Positions 19,217 to 28,949 of a stretch of 64,000 nucleotides of DNA are shown piece after piece (position 1 is the first letter of the stretch; every line of letters begins with the position of its first letter). Source of the DNA: an uncultured Candidatus Saccharibacteria bacterium (GTDB lineage Bacteria > Patescibacteriota > Minisyncoccia > Phycocordibacterales > UBA12088); the NCBI GenBank assembly GCA_964459635.1, contig CAYWMQ010000002.1:6776-70775 (forward strand), written 5' to 3'. The position numbers and the translations under genes were made by a program. Under the pieces are notes generated by a model, which saw only the letters and a program-made list of their open reading frames with translations, was not told the DNA's origin and searched no databases.

Positions 19217-19837
19217 TTGCGCGTCTTTGCGCAGTACCACCAAAGAATACCCGTGCAAACACCTGACGACAGAGTACGCATAAATAGTGACATCCGCGCC
19301 GCTGAGCTGCGGGTGATGGGACCCGAGGGTGAAAACTTGGGCATTTTGACGCTTGGCGAAGCTCTGCGGAAAGCCGCCGAGTACGAACTCGACCTTATAG
19401 AAGTCTCCGCGCGGGCCGTGCCGCCTGTTGCAAAGATCATGGATTATGGTAAATTCACGTACGAGCAAAAGAAGCGCGACAAGGAAGTGCGGGCAAAGGC
19501 TCACACTACTGAAACCAAGTCCGTGCAAGTAAAGATCGGCACCGGCGAACATGACAAGGCCCTCAAGGCAAACCGCACGGCCGAATGGCTTACGGAGGGC
19601 CATCGGGTGAAGGTGGACCTCTTTCTATGGGGCCGATACAAATATATGGAAGAAGCGTTTCTTAAGGAGCGCCTGATGCGTTTCTTGGAGATGGTGCAGG
19701 TCCCGTGGAAGCTCGCGGAGGAGGTAAAGCGCAGCCCGAAAGGTTTCACCTGCACGATAGAGCGCGACCGCAGCAAGTCGGCGTCCAAAGAGCAGAAGGT
19801 GACTCCGCCGACAAAAGATGCCCCCAAGGAAGCATAA
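19217..19837 (+). CDS. infC: Translation initiation factor IF-3
   Basis: RINSDIRAAELRVMGPEGENLGIL...VAKIMDYGKF matches the IF3 N- and C-domains. The true start is uncertain (TTG at 19217, ATA at 19244 or GTG at 19250) and may be non-AUG, as in other infC genes. Confidence 0.8.
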   Translation: MRVFAQYHQRIPVQTPDDRVRINSDIRAAELRVMGPEGENLGILTLGEALRKAAEYELDLIEVSARAVPPVAKIMDYGKFTYEQKKRDKEVRAKAHTTETKSVQVKIGTGEHDKALKANRTAEWLTEGHRVKVDLFLWGRYKYMEEAFLKERLMRFLEMVQVPWKLAEEVKRSPKGFTCTIERDRSKSASKEQKVTPPTKDAPKEA

Positions 19838-19871
19838 CCATACCCATTGTTACTAACGCGTCCGTTCCATT

Positions 19872-20054
19872 ATGGCAAACAAAGCATACACAAAGCGTGT
19901 ACGGGTAAGCCCAAAGGGTAAGCTTCTCGTGCGAAAGCCCGGCGGCAACCACTTCAACGGCGCGGAAAAACGAAGCAAGCAGCTCGACCGCAAGCGCACC
20001 GGCCGCACACTCACACTTAACGCGAAAAAGACGGGGCGCTACCTCAAAGGATAG
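19872..20054 (+). CDS. rpmI: 50S ribosomal protein L35
   Basis: 60-aa basic protein immediately after infC. Confidence 0.85.
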   Translation: MANKAYTKRVRVSPKGKLLVRKPGGNHFNGAEKRSKQLDRKRTGRTLTLNAKKTGRYLKG

Positions 20055-20084
20055 TAGTTTTTACCAAAATCTCATTACTCCACC

Positions 20085-20432
20085 ATGGCACGCGTCAAAC
20101 GAGGCACCACAAAGCTCAAGCACCGCCGCAATGTCCTTGCGCGCACGAAAGGCATGCGCGGCAACATCCGCAAAAAGGAGCGACAGGCTCATGAGGTATT
20201 GCTCCATGCGGGCAACCACGCGTTCCAACACCGCAAGAAGAAGAAGGCTGACTTCCGTGCACTTTGGAATGTGCGCATAAACGCCGGTATTCGCCCGCTC
20301 GGCATGACCTATGCCACTTTTATCGCCGCTCTTAAGGTAAAAGGCATCGCACTCAACCGTAAGATGCTCGCAGAACTCGCCTCGGAGCACCCGGAAAGCT
20401 TCGCACGCCTCGTGAAGCAGGTACAAGGCTAA
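20085..20432 (+). CDS. rplT: 50S ribosomal protein L20
   Basis: MARVKRG...RR N-terminus, 115 aa; infC-rpmI-rplT operon order. Confidence 0.9.
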   Translation: MARVKRGTTKLKHRRNVLARTKGMRGNIRKKERQAHEVLLHAGNHAFQHRKKKKADFRALWNVRINAGIRPLGMTYATFIAALKVKGIALNRKMLAELASEHPESFARLVKQVQG

Positions 20433-20441
20433 GCTCAACAC

Positions 20442-20482
20442 TCATACATAAAAGGCCGGTATGTGCCGGCCTTTTATGTATG
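20442..20482. terminator. Bidirectional rho-independent terminator after rplT
   Basis: ggccgg-tatgtg-ccggcc hairpin inside a larger palindrome, followed by a T-run. Confidence 0.7.
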
Positions 20483-20496
20483 AGTGCGCATGAACT

Positions 20497-20925
20497 CTAC
20501 GTACGCACACGCGCACGGCGCGCATATGTAAAAAGAAGTGCGCCCAACGAAGCGCCAAGGAGATCCATCCCGAGATCGCCCAGCGCGTCAAGCATAAACG
20601 CATCCGGGACACCATAGTGAGAAAACACCCAGATGCCGTACTCATAGAGCTCCCAAAGAACACCCACCCCAAGCGCTGCAGATAGCGACAGCTCAAAGGG
20701 CACTCGAAACCCGGTCGGACGTGCCATAGCCCGCGCGTAGCCGGACCTGTACCAAAACCACAGCACCGCAAGACCCACCCAGAGACCCCCCAGAAAATGT
20801 GTCACCAGATCAAACCAATCGAAAAGCCAGTACAGCGCCAGATACTGCGCGAGCACATCGAGCGCAAGAATGCCCCATATGAGAACAAACAGTACCTTGA
20901 GACCTGTGTGGCGTGCGTCACTCAT
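20497..20925 (-). CDS. Hypothetical polytopic membrane protein
   Basis: 142 aa, Trp-rich, about 4 TM helices. Confidence 0.45.
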   Translation of the reverse strand: MSDARHTGLKVLFVLIWGILALDVLAQYLALYWLFDWFDLVTHFLGGLWVGLAVLWFWYRSGYARAMARPTGFRVPFELSLSAALGVGVLWELYEYGIWVFSHYGVPDAFMLDALGDLGMDLLGASLGALLFTYARRARVRT

Positions 20926-21225
20926 GAGCTCACTCAGTATAGCGCATCATGGAGCGCGACGCTGGCTCGACGCACACAAGCCGCCTTGTGGGCGGCTTGT
21001 GTGCGGGGCGCGAAACGTACTGCCCTGGTAAAACCAGGTGGGTCACTAGTGTCACGCTCCCTTTGAGCGGAAAGCTCAGCGGTTGCGCGTATGCCGCGAC
21101 CCTTGCAGTGTGTTTAAGAGGACAATATCGTTCCGTCACCCGACTTCAGTGTAGCACATTTTGCACTTGCTATACATCGTAACTCTCTGGTATGGTGCGA
21201 TAAGACCAAAAGAAAGGACGCGTCG

Positions 21226-22176
21226 ATGATAGTGGCACATGTCAAAGCTACCGTGATGCTACGAGAAGGCACACGGGTACTTGTTGAACTGCCCGGGCAT
21301 AACGATTACAACTCCTACAAGTTCTATCAACAATACAACGGGCGCACCGGAACAGTCGTAGACTGCAGCGTGGAATATGCTCAGGTGCTCGATAAACATG
21401 GGCGCCTGCCGGGCTGCTACCGAGACCCTGAATGGCTCGTAGTGGTGTTCGAGGACGGCTCAAGGCAAACAATAAGCACCCGGGGGCTACGGCTTCTCGA
21501 CGCCCCAACCGCTATTGCAGCAGAGGGTGAGCAGGACGTTTGGACACGCCTACCGAAGATGTACCCTGGTGACCTCGTTTCGTTCACGACCGAGCGTTTC
21601 CCGCAGTCACCCCCTGAATATCTGTTTCCGCTTTCAGAGGCGTTTGCGGCTGCGATCGATCGCAGTGCTGAAAAAGGTACGCTCCGCATCGTCGATCAAG
21701 TTCACTTGGAGGAGTCCGGCTTTTACGCGGGCTGGCGTGATGCGCAGGGTTCCCATTTTGCCCACGAGGACGACATAGCGGTTATCCACCCGGGCCCTGT
21801 CCACGCCGCTTACAAGGACCAACCGATTGTGTTCGCGAAGCTGGACGACATGTTCGCTTTTTGGGAGCATGACGGGTTTTCTGTGCATGTGCCGCGGCCT
21901 GCACAGGCAGGACTGGACCCGATGCTTGCGGAACTTTTTGACGAGACTGAGCGCCAACTTGATCCGCAAAAGAACCCAAGGAGCGAGTACGCGGCCGCTA
22001 TCGCGCGCATTGAAAGCGGCGCTGTAGACTTTGTCCGTATCCATGAAGAAGTGGAGCCCAAGACAGGGCGCACCCTTCGGTATCTTAGTGCGCGCAAAGT
22101 GCACACGTGGGTGGGAGCGCATATAGCTCACAAGCTACGCGAACTCAGTCTCACTGAGCTACGTGCGCGTACCTAA
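21226..22176 (+). CDS. Hypothetical protein (316 aa)
   Basis: Long ORF with SD-like AAAGAAAGGA upstream; no family recognized. Confidence 0.5.
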   Translation: MIVAHVKATVMLREGTRVLVELPGHNDYNSYKFYQQYNGRTGTVVDCSVEYAQVLDKHGRLPGCYRDPEWLVVVFEDGSRQTISTRGLRLLDAPTAIAAEGEQDVWTRLPKMYPGDLVSFTTERFPQSPPEYLFPLSEAFAAAIDRSAEKGTLRIVDQVHLEESGFYAGWRDAQGSHFAHEDDIAVIHPGPVHAAYKDQPIVFAKLDDMFAFWEHDGFSVHVPRPAQAGLDPMLAELFDETERQLDPQKNPRSEYAAAIARIESGAVDFVRIHEEVEPKTGRTLRYLSARKVHTWVGAHIAHKLRELSLTELRART

Positions 22177-22183
22177 GCACAGT

Positions 22184-22207
22184 AACACCTGAAAAGGGTC
22201 TCTCACG
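22184..22207. terminator. Bidirectional terminator between the hypothetical gene and ndk
   Basis: aaagggtctc-tcac-gagaccctttc hairpin. Confidence 0.7.
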
Positions 22208-22225
22208 AGACCCTTTCACTTATTT

Positions 22226-22831
22226 CTACTCAAGAATGCCGTCCAGATTTATGTCGTAGAGTATCTGCTCCTGCACAAGACGGTAACCAACGAGCTCCTC
22301 CGCGCTAAACCAGTGTGCAAGCTCTTTCTCGGCTTCTTCCACCGACCCTGAGGCATGTATGAGATTCCGGATAGCCCTATCGTCGGCATCAGCCATCGAG
22401 TACGAGTCGAGCACAAAATCGCCGCGAATGGTACCTACATCCGAGCTGCGCGGTTCGGTCCCACCGACCAGTTTGCGGATAAGCTCAACCGCGTGCGCGC
22501 CCTGCCACGCCATTACAACGGTAGGACCGCTCGTCATATACTTTTTGAGTCGCTCCACTACAGCATTGCCCACCTCCTCTGGGTTGTCGGACGGTGGCGT
22601 CTCACCCTTTTTCTTGTATGACTCTATGGCCTTCTCTCCCACCTTGCGTTTCCAGGACGGGTCGATGGTGTAGTGCGCTTCCACTGCCTCGGCGGTGGGC
22701 ACCAAAAACTTCATACCGATGAGTTTGAGCCCTACACGCTCGAAACGGCCCACTATTTCTCCGATGAGCGAGCGCTGCACGCCATCCGGCTTGATAATAA
22801 CGAGGGTACGCTCCTTGTGATAGTCCGACAT
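22226..22831 (-). CDS. ndk: Nucleoside diphosphate kinase (with insertion)
   Basis: TLVIIKPDGVQR...NLIHASGS (catalytic His) ...; 201 aa, longer than the canonical protein. Confidence 0.8.
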   Translation of the reverse strand: MSDYHKERTLVIIKPDGVQRSLIGEIVGRFERVGLKLIGMKFLVPTAEAVEAHYTIDPSWKRKVGEKAIESYKKKGETPPSDNPEEVGNAVVERLKKYMTSGPTVVMAWQGAHAVELIRKLVGGTEPRSSDVGTIRGDFVLDSYSMADADDRAIRNLIHASGSVEEAEKELAHWFSAEELVGYRLVQEQILYDINLDGILE

Positions 22832-22989
22832 AGGTACTGAGTGTTAGTGAGTAGTGAATTGGTACCGCAACACCGGGCACCGTACCGGGGCTCAGGTGCG
22901 TGGCTGTAGTATACATAGCGACGGGCAAAAGTGAAACCTCGAGCACACATGACGCGTTACAGTGTAAAGGCTGGACAAAGGAAAAACAC

Positions 22990-23115
22990 ATGAACACGGA
23001 AGAGTCAGAAGACATGGACGTTCACGCGCCGGAAGCGACCCCACAGCACGACGCCGCGACAGACACGGGAGACGCACTGTTGCGCGAAATTGTCCGCGAT
23101 GTATGCGCACTCTGA
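22990..23115 (+). CDS. Small acidic hypothetical protein (41 aa)
   Basis: Short ORF followed by a strong intrinsic terminator at 23121..23153. Confidence 0.3.
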   Translation: MNTEESEDMDVHAPEATPQHDAATDTGDALLREIVRDVCAL

Positions 23116-23221
23116 AGCGAAACCGCCCCAACACAAGGGGCGGTGCTCTTTTTCGGTCGCTGTTGTGTATTTACACAAAAGTAGTATAGTCGCACGTAAA
23201 CCAGCCAGAAAGGAGGAAGAA

Positions 23222-23386
23222 ATGGCCTGGCGAAAGTGCGACTGTGAGGGCAACTGCAAATGGCCCTACACAGACCCCTGCAAAATCGACACGGCACGGG
23301 AGCGTAGCAAAGCGGACGTGCGTGCGACACGCACGAGACGCGTCAAAGCGGAACAGGCAGCTGCAACAAAAGAGGAGCCGAAGTAA
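23222..23386 (+). CDS. Small Cys-rich (CxCx3C...C) hypothetical protein (54 aa)
   Basis: Strong SD AAAGGAGG 6 nt upstream; terminator hairpin at 23415..23448. Confidence 0.35.
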   Translation: MAWRKCDCEGNCKWPYTDPCKIDTARERSKADVRATRTRRVKAEQAAATKEEPK

Positions 23387-23446
23387 GGCTCATGAGTGTT
23401 GACCCACATACGTGACGGCGCGTCTTCGGACGCGCTGTTTGCTCTT

Positions 23447-24217
23447 TTACAGCTCCGTCAGTATTTCGGGCCCGTCCCTCGTGATGAGTATGTCGTGTTC
23501 AAAGTGTGCGCTGCGGGAATGGTCGCGCGTGCGCACGGTGTACCCGTCCGACTCAAACACCACCGCCCCCTTGCCCTCGTTTATCATCGGCTCTATTGCC
23601 AGCACCATACCCGGCTCCAGGCGTTCGCCGCGGCCGGCGTCGCCAAAATTGGGCACCTGCGGTGCCTCATGTACTGCGGTGCCCACACCGTGCCCGCAGA
23701 GGTCACGCACGAGGCCAAAACCCTCACTGCGTACGTGTGTTTCTATCGCATTCCCGATATCACCCACACGACCTCCCGCCCGTGCTGCCGCGATACCCCG
23801 CATGAGCGCCTCTTCGCACACTGTGAGCATTTTTTGAGCTGCGGCATCTATGCCTCCCACCGCGTACGTGCGCCCCGCATCTGTAATGACGCCGTCTTTT
23901 CGTAATCCGATATCCAGCCCGATGATGTCGCCCTCCATGAGCGTGTATCGCAGCTCGGTAGGGATACCATGCACCACCACATCATTCGGGGCTACGCAGA
24001 GTGCGCACGGGTATGCACGCGGCGCACCGGGCGGCGTATAGCCCAAAAATGCGGGCTGCGCACCCGCTTCGGCAATGTACGCCCTCGCAAGGTGCTCAAG
24101 CTCCTCTGTTGTAACGCCGGGCGCGATCTTTTCTGCGAGCCGCGCAAGCACGTCAGCATGCCGCTTACCCAAGTCTCGAAGCGCCGCTATCTGTTTGTCG
24201 GTCTTTATGCGGCTCAT
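23447..24217 (-). CDS. map: Methionine aminopeptidase type I
   Basis: Metal-ligand pattern D..D..H..E..E within a pita-bread-fold sequence; 256 aa. Confidence 0.9.
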   Translation of the reverse strand: MSRIKTDKQIAALRDLGKRHADVLARLAEKIAPGVTTEELEHLARAYIAEAGAQPAFLGYTPPGAPRAYPCALCVAPNDVVVHGIPTELRYTLMEGDIIGLDIGLRKDGVITDAGRTYAVGGIDAAAQKMLTVCEEALMRGIAAARAGGRVGDIGNAIETHVRSEGFGLVRDLCGHGVGTAVHEAPQVPNFGDAGRGERLEPGMVLAIEPMINEGKGAVVFESDGYTVRTRDHSRSAHFEHDILITRDGPEILTEL

Positions 24218-24810
24218 GCAAGGCCAAGACGTGCACGTATGTCAGCCTGAATATCCTCAATGGATCTGTTGCCGTCAAGCTCTTCGATACGGTATGCGGG
24301 ACTGTTCCGAAAGTACGCAATGGTGGGCACCACCTCGTCGTGATACCACGCGATGCGGCGACGCATGAGCTCCTCCGAGTCATCCGCACGCCTCCGTACC
24401 TCTATGGCACGCCGCATGAGCTCCGACTCTTCAACATCAAGCACAAACACCACGGGGTTGGTGCGCTGGTAAAACGTCATCGCACTGTCAAAGACAGACG
24501 CTTCCTCCGGCCTGCGCGGAAAGCCGTCGATAAGCAAGTGTTCATTGCCGGCCAAATGGTCGACAAAGTAACTCGCCCATAGCCATATCGGCAAGAAGGC
24601 CGGCTGAAGCGCGCCCCGCTCCTGAATATCCCGTATGAGCCGCCCCGTGTACGAATCTTGCTCGCTCGCTCTGCGAAACATATCGCCGGTCACCACATGG
24701 AGCGCTGTGCGCTCCGGGTCTATGCTCGCAAGATGGTCTCGTAATAGCGCGGCCTGCGTACCCTTGCCGCTTCCGGCCGGGCCATAAAATAGTACGGTGT
24801 GGAGTTGCAT
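24214..24810 (-). CDS. adk: Adenylate kinase
   Basis: GPAGSGKGTQA P-loop; 198 aa. Confidence 0.85.
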   Translation of the reverse strand: MQLHTVLFYGPAGSGKGTQAALLRDHLASIDPERTALHVVTGDMFRRASEQDSYTGRLIRDIQERGALQPAFLPIWLWASYFVDHLAGNEHLLIDGFPRRPEEASVFDSAMTFYQRTNPVVFVLDVEESELMRRAIEVRRRADDSEELMRRRIAWYHDEVVPTIAYFRNSPAYRIEELDGNRSIEDIQADIRARLGLA

Positions 24811-24854
24811 GACGCTTAGTGTAGCACAAACCAGCGGGCGGACAAAAACTCTAC

Positions 24855-26129
24855 CTAATACTCCCGGATGGAGATTTGTGCGTCTATCTTGCGTACGAGG
24901 TCGAGCACGACCGACACGACAATGAGAAGAGCGGTGCCGCCTATGGCATAGGCCTGAGAGCCCGTAATAGCCTGCATACCGAGCGGCAACACTGCGATAG
25001 CCCCGAGGAAGAGTGCGCCCACGAGAGTGATGCGTGTAAGGATGTTCGCAAGATACGCTGCGGTGGCACCGCCGGGCCGTACGCCGGGAATGAACGCGCC
25101 CGACTTCTGCAGATTCGTGCTGATAGACTGCGGATCAAAGGTGACAGCGGTGTAGAAGTAGGTGAATAGCACCACAAATATGAAGTACAGGCCGGCATAG
25201 AGCCACTGTATCTGGAAATACGTGAGCGCCTGCTGCGCAAAGGCGGCCACCTGCGGCTGGTCCACGGTAACGAGGAAGTTCAGGAGCATCTGCGGAAACA
25301 GCAGTATGGAAAGCGCAAAGATGATGGGAATGACACCGGCTTGGTTGACCCGGAGCGGCAGGTATGTGGACACGCCACCATAGCTCTTGCCTCCGCGCAC
25401 CTGCTTGGCGTAGGTGATAGGTACGGGACGCTCCGCTTCCGTGATGGTCACCACCGCGGCGGTGACCGCAATAGCTGCCACAACAACGCCCAGGTAGAGG
25501 GGTATCTGTGACGGATCGTAATTGAAAAGCACCTGGCTTGCGGTGGTTGGAAGCGCCGCAACGATACCCGCAAAGATGAGTACGGACACGCCGTTCCCTA
25601 TGCCAAACTCACTGATGAGCTCACCTATCCACATGAGGAGTATCGAGCCGGCCGCAACCACAGTGACGTTAACGACAAAGGAGAAGAGCGTGAGGTCGGT
25701 CACGATACCCTGACGGGAAAGGAGCATAAGGAAGCCGAACGCCTGCACGAACGCGAGCGGCACGGTGAGATACCGCGCGTACTGGGTAAATTTCTGGCGT
25801 CCCGCTTCACCTTCTTCCGTGTAGAGCGCCTTCACCTGCGGTGACATGATGGTGAGGAGCTGCATGATGATGGACGCCGTGATGTACGGACCCACACCAA
25901 GCATGACGATCGACAAATTGGAAAGGCCGCCACCCGAGAATATGTTCAGGAGGCCAAGGAACTGGTTGTTTGCAAAAAAAGCTTCAAGCTGTGTGACGTC
26001 CACGCCCGGAATCGGTATGGTAGCGAGCGCGCGGAAGACTACGAGCGCGCCGAGCAAAAAAAGAATGCGCATCCGCAGATTGGAATCCGCAAGTATGAGC
26101 CTGATGCGCTGCATGAACGTACTGAACAT
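24855..26129 (-). CDS. secY: Preprotein translocase subunit SecY
   Basis: 424 aa, 10 TM helices, SecY signature regions. Confidence 0.9.
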   Translation of the reverse strand: MFSTFMQRIRLILADSNLRMRILFLLGALVVFRALATIPIPGVDVTQLEAFFANNQFLGLLNIFSGGGLSNLSIVMLGVGPYITASIIMQLLTIMSPQVKALYTEEGEAGRQKFTQYARYLTVPLAFVQAFGFLMLLSRQGIVTDLTLFSFVVNVTVVAAGSILLMWIGELISEFGIGNGVSVLIFAGIVAALPTTASQVLFNYDPSQIPLYLGVVVAAIAVTAAVVTITEAERPVPITYAKQVRGGKSYGGVSTYLPLRVNQAGVIPIIFALSILLFPQMLLNFLVTVDQPQVAAFAQQALTYFQIQWLYAGLYFIFVVLFTYFYTAVTFDPQSISTNLQKSGAFIPGVRPGGATAAYLANILTRITLVGALFLGAIAVLPLGMQAITGSQAYAIGGTALLIVVSVVLDLVRKIDAQISIREY

Positions 26130-26182
26130 AAATTGCTGGATGTGGCGCTCACACGTCGGGCACCGGAATACTCACACAAAAA

Positions 26183-26632
26183 CTATAACACGTCACCGCC
26201 CGCTTTGCGTACCGCTTCGCCCGCCGCAGCGGAAAGGGAGCAGCCTGCGACAGTGAGCCGCTTTGTGAGTGCGCCTGTGGCAAGTATTTTCACTTCGGGA
26301 AGTACACCGGATGCACGCGAGATGAGCCCCTTGGACGCGAGGGTCTTCGGATCCACACGGTCGCCCGCCGCAAACACACGCTCAAGCGCCGCAAGCGAAA
26401 CGGGCGTAGGCTTCACGCGGCCACTATGCACCGTACGTGCGCGATTTTTTCCGTGACCGCGACGCTTCGGGATCTTCTTGATAATGTCGCGCTCCACGGG
26501 ACGTATCTTGCGCCCTGCACGAGCCTTCTGGCCTTTATGCCCGCGACCGGATGTTTTGCCACGCTTTCCGCCACGCCCGATGCGGCGCGCTCCTTTGTTC
26601 GTGGCTGGTTTGGTGATGTCGTGCTGTTGCAT
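26183..26632 (-). CDS. rplO: 50S ribosomal protein L15
   Basis: GRGxxxGxGKTxGRGxKGQ motif. Confidence 0.9.
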   Translation of the reverse strand: MQQHDITKPATNKGARRIGRGGKRGKTSGRGHKGQKARAGRKIRPVERDIIKKIPKRRGHGKNRARTVHSGRVKPTPVSLAALERVFAAGDRVDPKTLASKGLISRASGVLPEVKILATGALTKRLTVAGCSLSAAAGEAVRKAGGDVL

Positions 26633-26643
26633 GGTAGTGGGCT

Positions 26644-27252
26644 TTACTGCACCTCTTTACGAGCAGCCTTGGCTTCGGGGGCTGCCGCCTTGCGACGGCG
26701 CGGCGTAAGTCGCGACAGCGCAAGAGTGGTCGCACGCGCGTTGTTCAGATGATTCTTGCTGCGCGAGAGGATCTTGCCGGAAACATTGCGCAGGCCCGCA
26801 AGCTCAAGTACGGTGCGTACGGCAGACCCGGCCTTGAGGCCCTTCCCGGGCGCAGGCATAAGCAGCACCTGAGACGCTGCATACTTGGCAGCCGACTCGT
26901 GCGGTATGGAGCCCTCATCGGTAATAGGTACGCGCACCAAATGCTTCTTTGCATCGCGCGTTGCCTTTTCAATGGCGAGCGCCGTGTCCATGGCCTTACC
27001 GAGCCCCACGCCCACCTGACCGCGACCATTGCCTATGACCACCGCCACACTGAACGCGAAGCGACGACCTCCCGCGACCACGCGTGTGACACGACGGATG
27101 GAGAGGAGTTTGTTGTCAAACTCGCTGCGTGCGCGCGGCTCACGCGCCCTGCGTGGTCGGCGCGGCATGCGCTCACCGCCGCGGCCACCGCGTGGCGCTT
27201 CCGCCGGGCTCTCCCCTTGTCGCGCTTTCGTCTGTACAGGTGTGTCTGTCAT
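26644..27252 (-). CDS. rpsE: 30S ribosomal protein S5 (with N-terminal basic extension)
   Basis: RVTRVVAGGRRFAFSVAVVIGNGRGQVGVGLGKA core. It abuts rplO directly, with no L30 gene between them. Confidence 0.9.
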   Translation of the reverse strand: MTDTPVQTKARQGESPAEAPRGGRGGERMPRRPRRAREPRARSEFDNKLLSIRRVTRVVAGGRRFAFSVAVVIGNGRGQVGVGLGKAMDTALAIEKATRDAKKHLVRVPITDEGSIPHESAAKYAASQVLLMPAPGKGLKAGSAVRTVLELAGLRNVSGKILSRSKNHLNNARATTLALSRLTPRRRKAAAPEAKAARKEVQ

Positions 27253-27263
27253 GGTGAGTATGT

Positions 27264-27614
27264 TTAAAGCTGCAGGCCGCCCTCGCGTGCACCCTCCGCC
27301 ACTTCACGTATCGCGCCCGCGTACAGGAAGCCGCCTCGGTCAAAGACCACACACTCAATGCCGGCCTTCTTTGCGCGTGACGCTATCTCTTCACCCACCG
27401 CACGTGCGCGTGCGCGCAAACCTTCCGCCTTGACCGTCCGCGTGTTTGCCGCCGCCAGGGTGCGACCGGCTGCATCGTCAATAAGCTGCGCGTAGAGTGC
27501 CGTGTTGCTCCTGAAGACCGCCAGACGCGGGCGCTCCGCCGTACCTGCAATGTTCGCGCGTATGCGTGCGTGACGACGTGTCCTTTTTTCTGTTTTTGGA
27601 TTGCCGGTGGCCAT
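27264..27614 (-). CDS. rplR: 50S ribosomal protein L18
   Basis: RLAVFRSN..., 116 aa. Confidence 0.9.
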   Translation of the reverse strand: MATGNPKTEKRTRRHARIRANIAGTAERPRLAVFRSNTALYAQLIDDAAGRTLAAANTRTVKAEGLRARARAVGEEIASRAKKAGIECVVFDRGGFLYAGAIREVAEGAREGGLQL

Positions 27615-27620
27615 AGTACG

Positions 27621-28154
27621 CTATGAAGCTTTCTTACCCTGCTTACGGCGGATAACCTCGTCGCTGTAGCGGAAGCCCTTGCCCTTGTACGGCTCAGGCT
27701 TCTTGATAGCGCGAATGTTCGCTGCAAACTGGCCGAGTGCGTCCTTGTCAATGGAGGTCATGGTGAGCTCGTTCTTCTCTGCAGCTGCGGTAATGCCGGC
27801 GGGAATAGCGACCTTGACTTGGTGTGAAAAACCCACGTTCAAGGTAAGCTCGCTTCCCGCGACAGCCATACGGTAGCCTACACCCTCGAGAATGAGCTTC
27901 TTTGTGTACGGCGTACGGACACCGGTGAGCATGTTGCGCACATGCGCCGCATAGGTACCCCAAAGCGCGCGGGCAAGCTTCGTCTCGTTCTTCGGGCTCA
28001 CCTGCACCTCACTGCCGGAGACCACCACCTCCACGTACGGATGGATGGGCTTGGAAAGCTCACCCTTCGGTCCTTTCACGCTCAAGACACCGTCCGAGAC
28101 GCGCACTTCGGTACCTGAAGGAATGGTTGTTGGTCGTTTACCTATTCTGCTCAT
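27621..28154 (-). CDS. rplF: 50S ribosomal protein L6
   Basis: MSRIGKRP start chosen inside the longer ORF; 177 aa. Confidence 0.9.
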   Translation of the reverse strand: MSRIGKRPTTIPSGTEVRVSDGVLSVKGPKGELSKPIHPYVEVVVSGSEVQVSPKNETKLARALWGTYAAHVRNMLTGVRTPYTKKLILEGVGYRMAVAGSELTLNVGFSHQVKVAIPAGITAAAEKNELTMTSIDKDALGQFAANIRAIKKPEPYKGKGFRYSDEVIRRKQGKKAS

Positions 28155-28176
28155 ACTAGTAGTGAAGCGTGTCGTG

Positions 28177-28566
28177 TTACCAGATCTCAAACAAAAGCTC
28201 TCCGCCAACCTTTTCGCGTTTTGCCTCCTCGCCTGAAAGCACACCTTTCGGGGTTGAGACATAGAGCGTACCTGTACCGCCTCGTACGGACTGTATATCG
28301 GTAGCCCCCGCGTAGACGCGACACCCGGGCTTGGACACGCGGCGCACGTCATTAAAGCGGTACTTCCCCGAGTCCGACCGTGCGAGCGTAAGCTCAAGCG
28401 TACGATGTGCCTTCTTTCCGCGCTTGGCTACCTCGCTCACAATACCGCGTTCGCGCAGCTTCTCCGCTATAGCGGCCTTTATGTTCGAAAGAGGTACTAC
28501 GACCACGTCCTTTCCGGCAAGGCGGGCGGTCTTGAGGCGATTGATCATGTCTGCGATGGGATCCAT
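28177..28566 (-). CDS. rpsH: 30S ribosomal protein S8
   Basis: MDPIADMINRLKTA start chosen inside the longer ORF. Confidence 0.9.
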   Translation of the reverse strand: MDPIADMINRLKTARLAGKDVVVVPLSNIKAAIAEKLRERGIVSEVAKRGKKAHRTLELTLARSDSGKYRFNDVRRVSKPGCRVYAGATDIQSVRGGTGTLYVSTPKGVLSGEEAKREKVGGELLFEIW

Positions 28567-28618
28567 GGTGAGGTGAAGTATGAGGTACTGGTATGGGAAT
28601 AGGCAATGTGTCGGCGAA

Positions 28619-28804
28619 CTACCAGCTGCTTTTCTTAACGCCCGGAAGGAAGCCTTCGTTGGCGAGTTCGCGGAAACAGATGCGGCACATATCGAAGTCG
28701 CGCATAAAACCACGGCCGCGGCCACAGCGGAAGCAGCGATTGGTAGCCCGTGTCGTAAACTTGGGCTTCTTTTGCGAACGGGCGATGACTGATTTCTTTG
28801 CCAT
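28619..28804 (-). CDS. rpsZ: 30S ribosomal protein S14 type Z (zinc-ribbon form)
   Basis: MAKKS...CxxC...CxxC, 61 aa. Confidence 0.85.
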   Translation of the reverse strand: MAKKSVIARSQKKPKFTTRATNRCFRCGRGRGFMRDFDMCRICFRELANEGFLPGVKKSSW

Positions 28805-28949
28805 GTGATTCTCTGTGGTGTATGTGGTACGTAGCCTGTGTACCTTCTCCTCACGTACGGATATCGAAATAAAAACGCTCACCTCCGAGCTTGGCGCATA
28901 GTAGCAGTATCGTTCCAGACTGTCAACGCGACAGCCGGCACGACATACC

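Noticed and set aside
20930-21225. Possible riboswitch or ncRNA in the 300-bp divergent intergenic region (hairpins cacacaagccgcc/ggcggcttgtgtg and cctggtaaaaccagg)
   Set aside because: No recognisable riboswitch consensus. The hairpins are equally well explained as promoter and terminator elements for the flanking divergent genes. Left unassigned.
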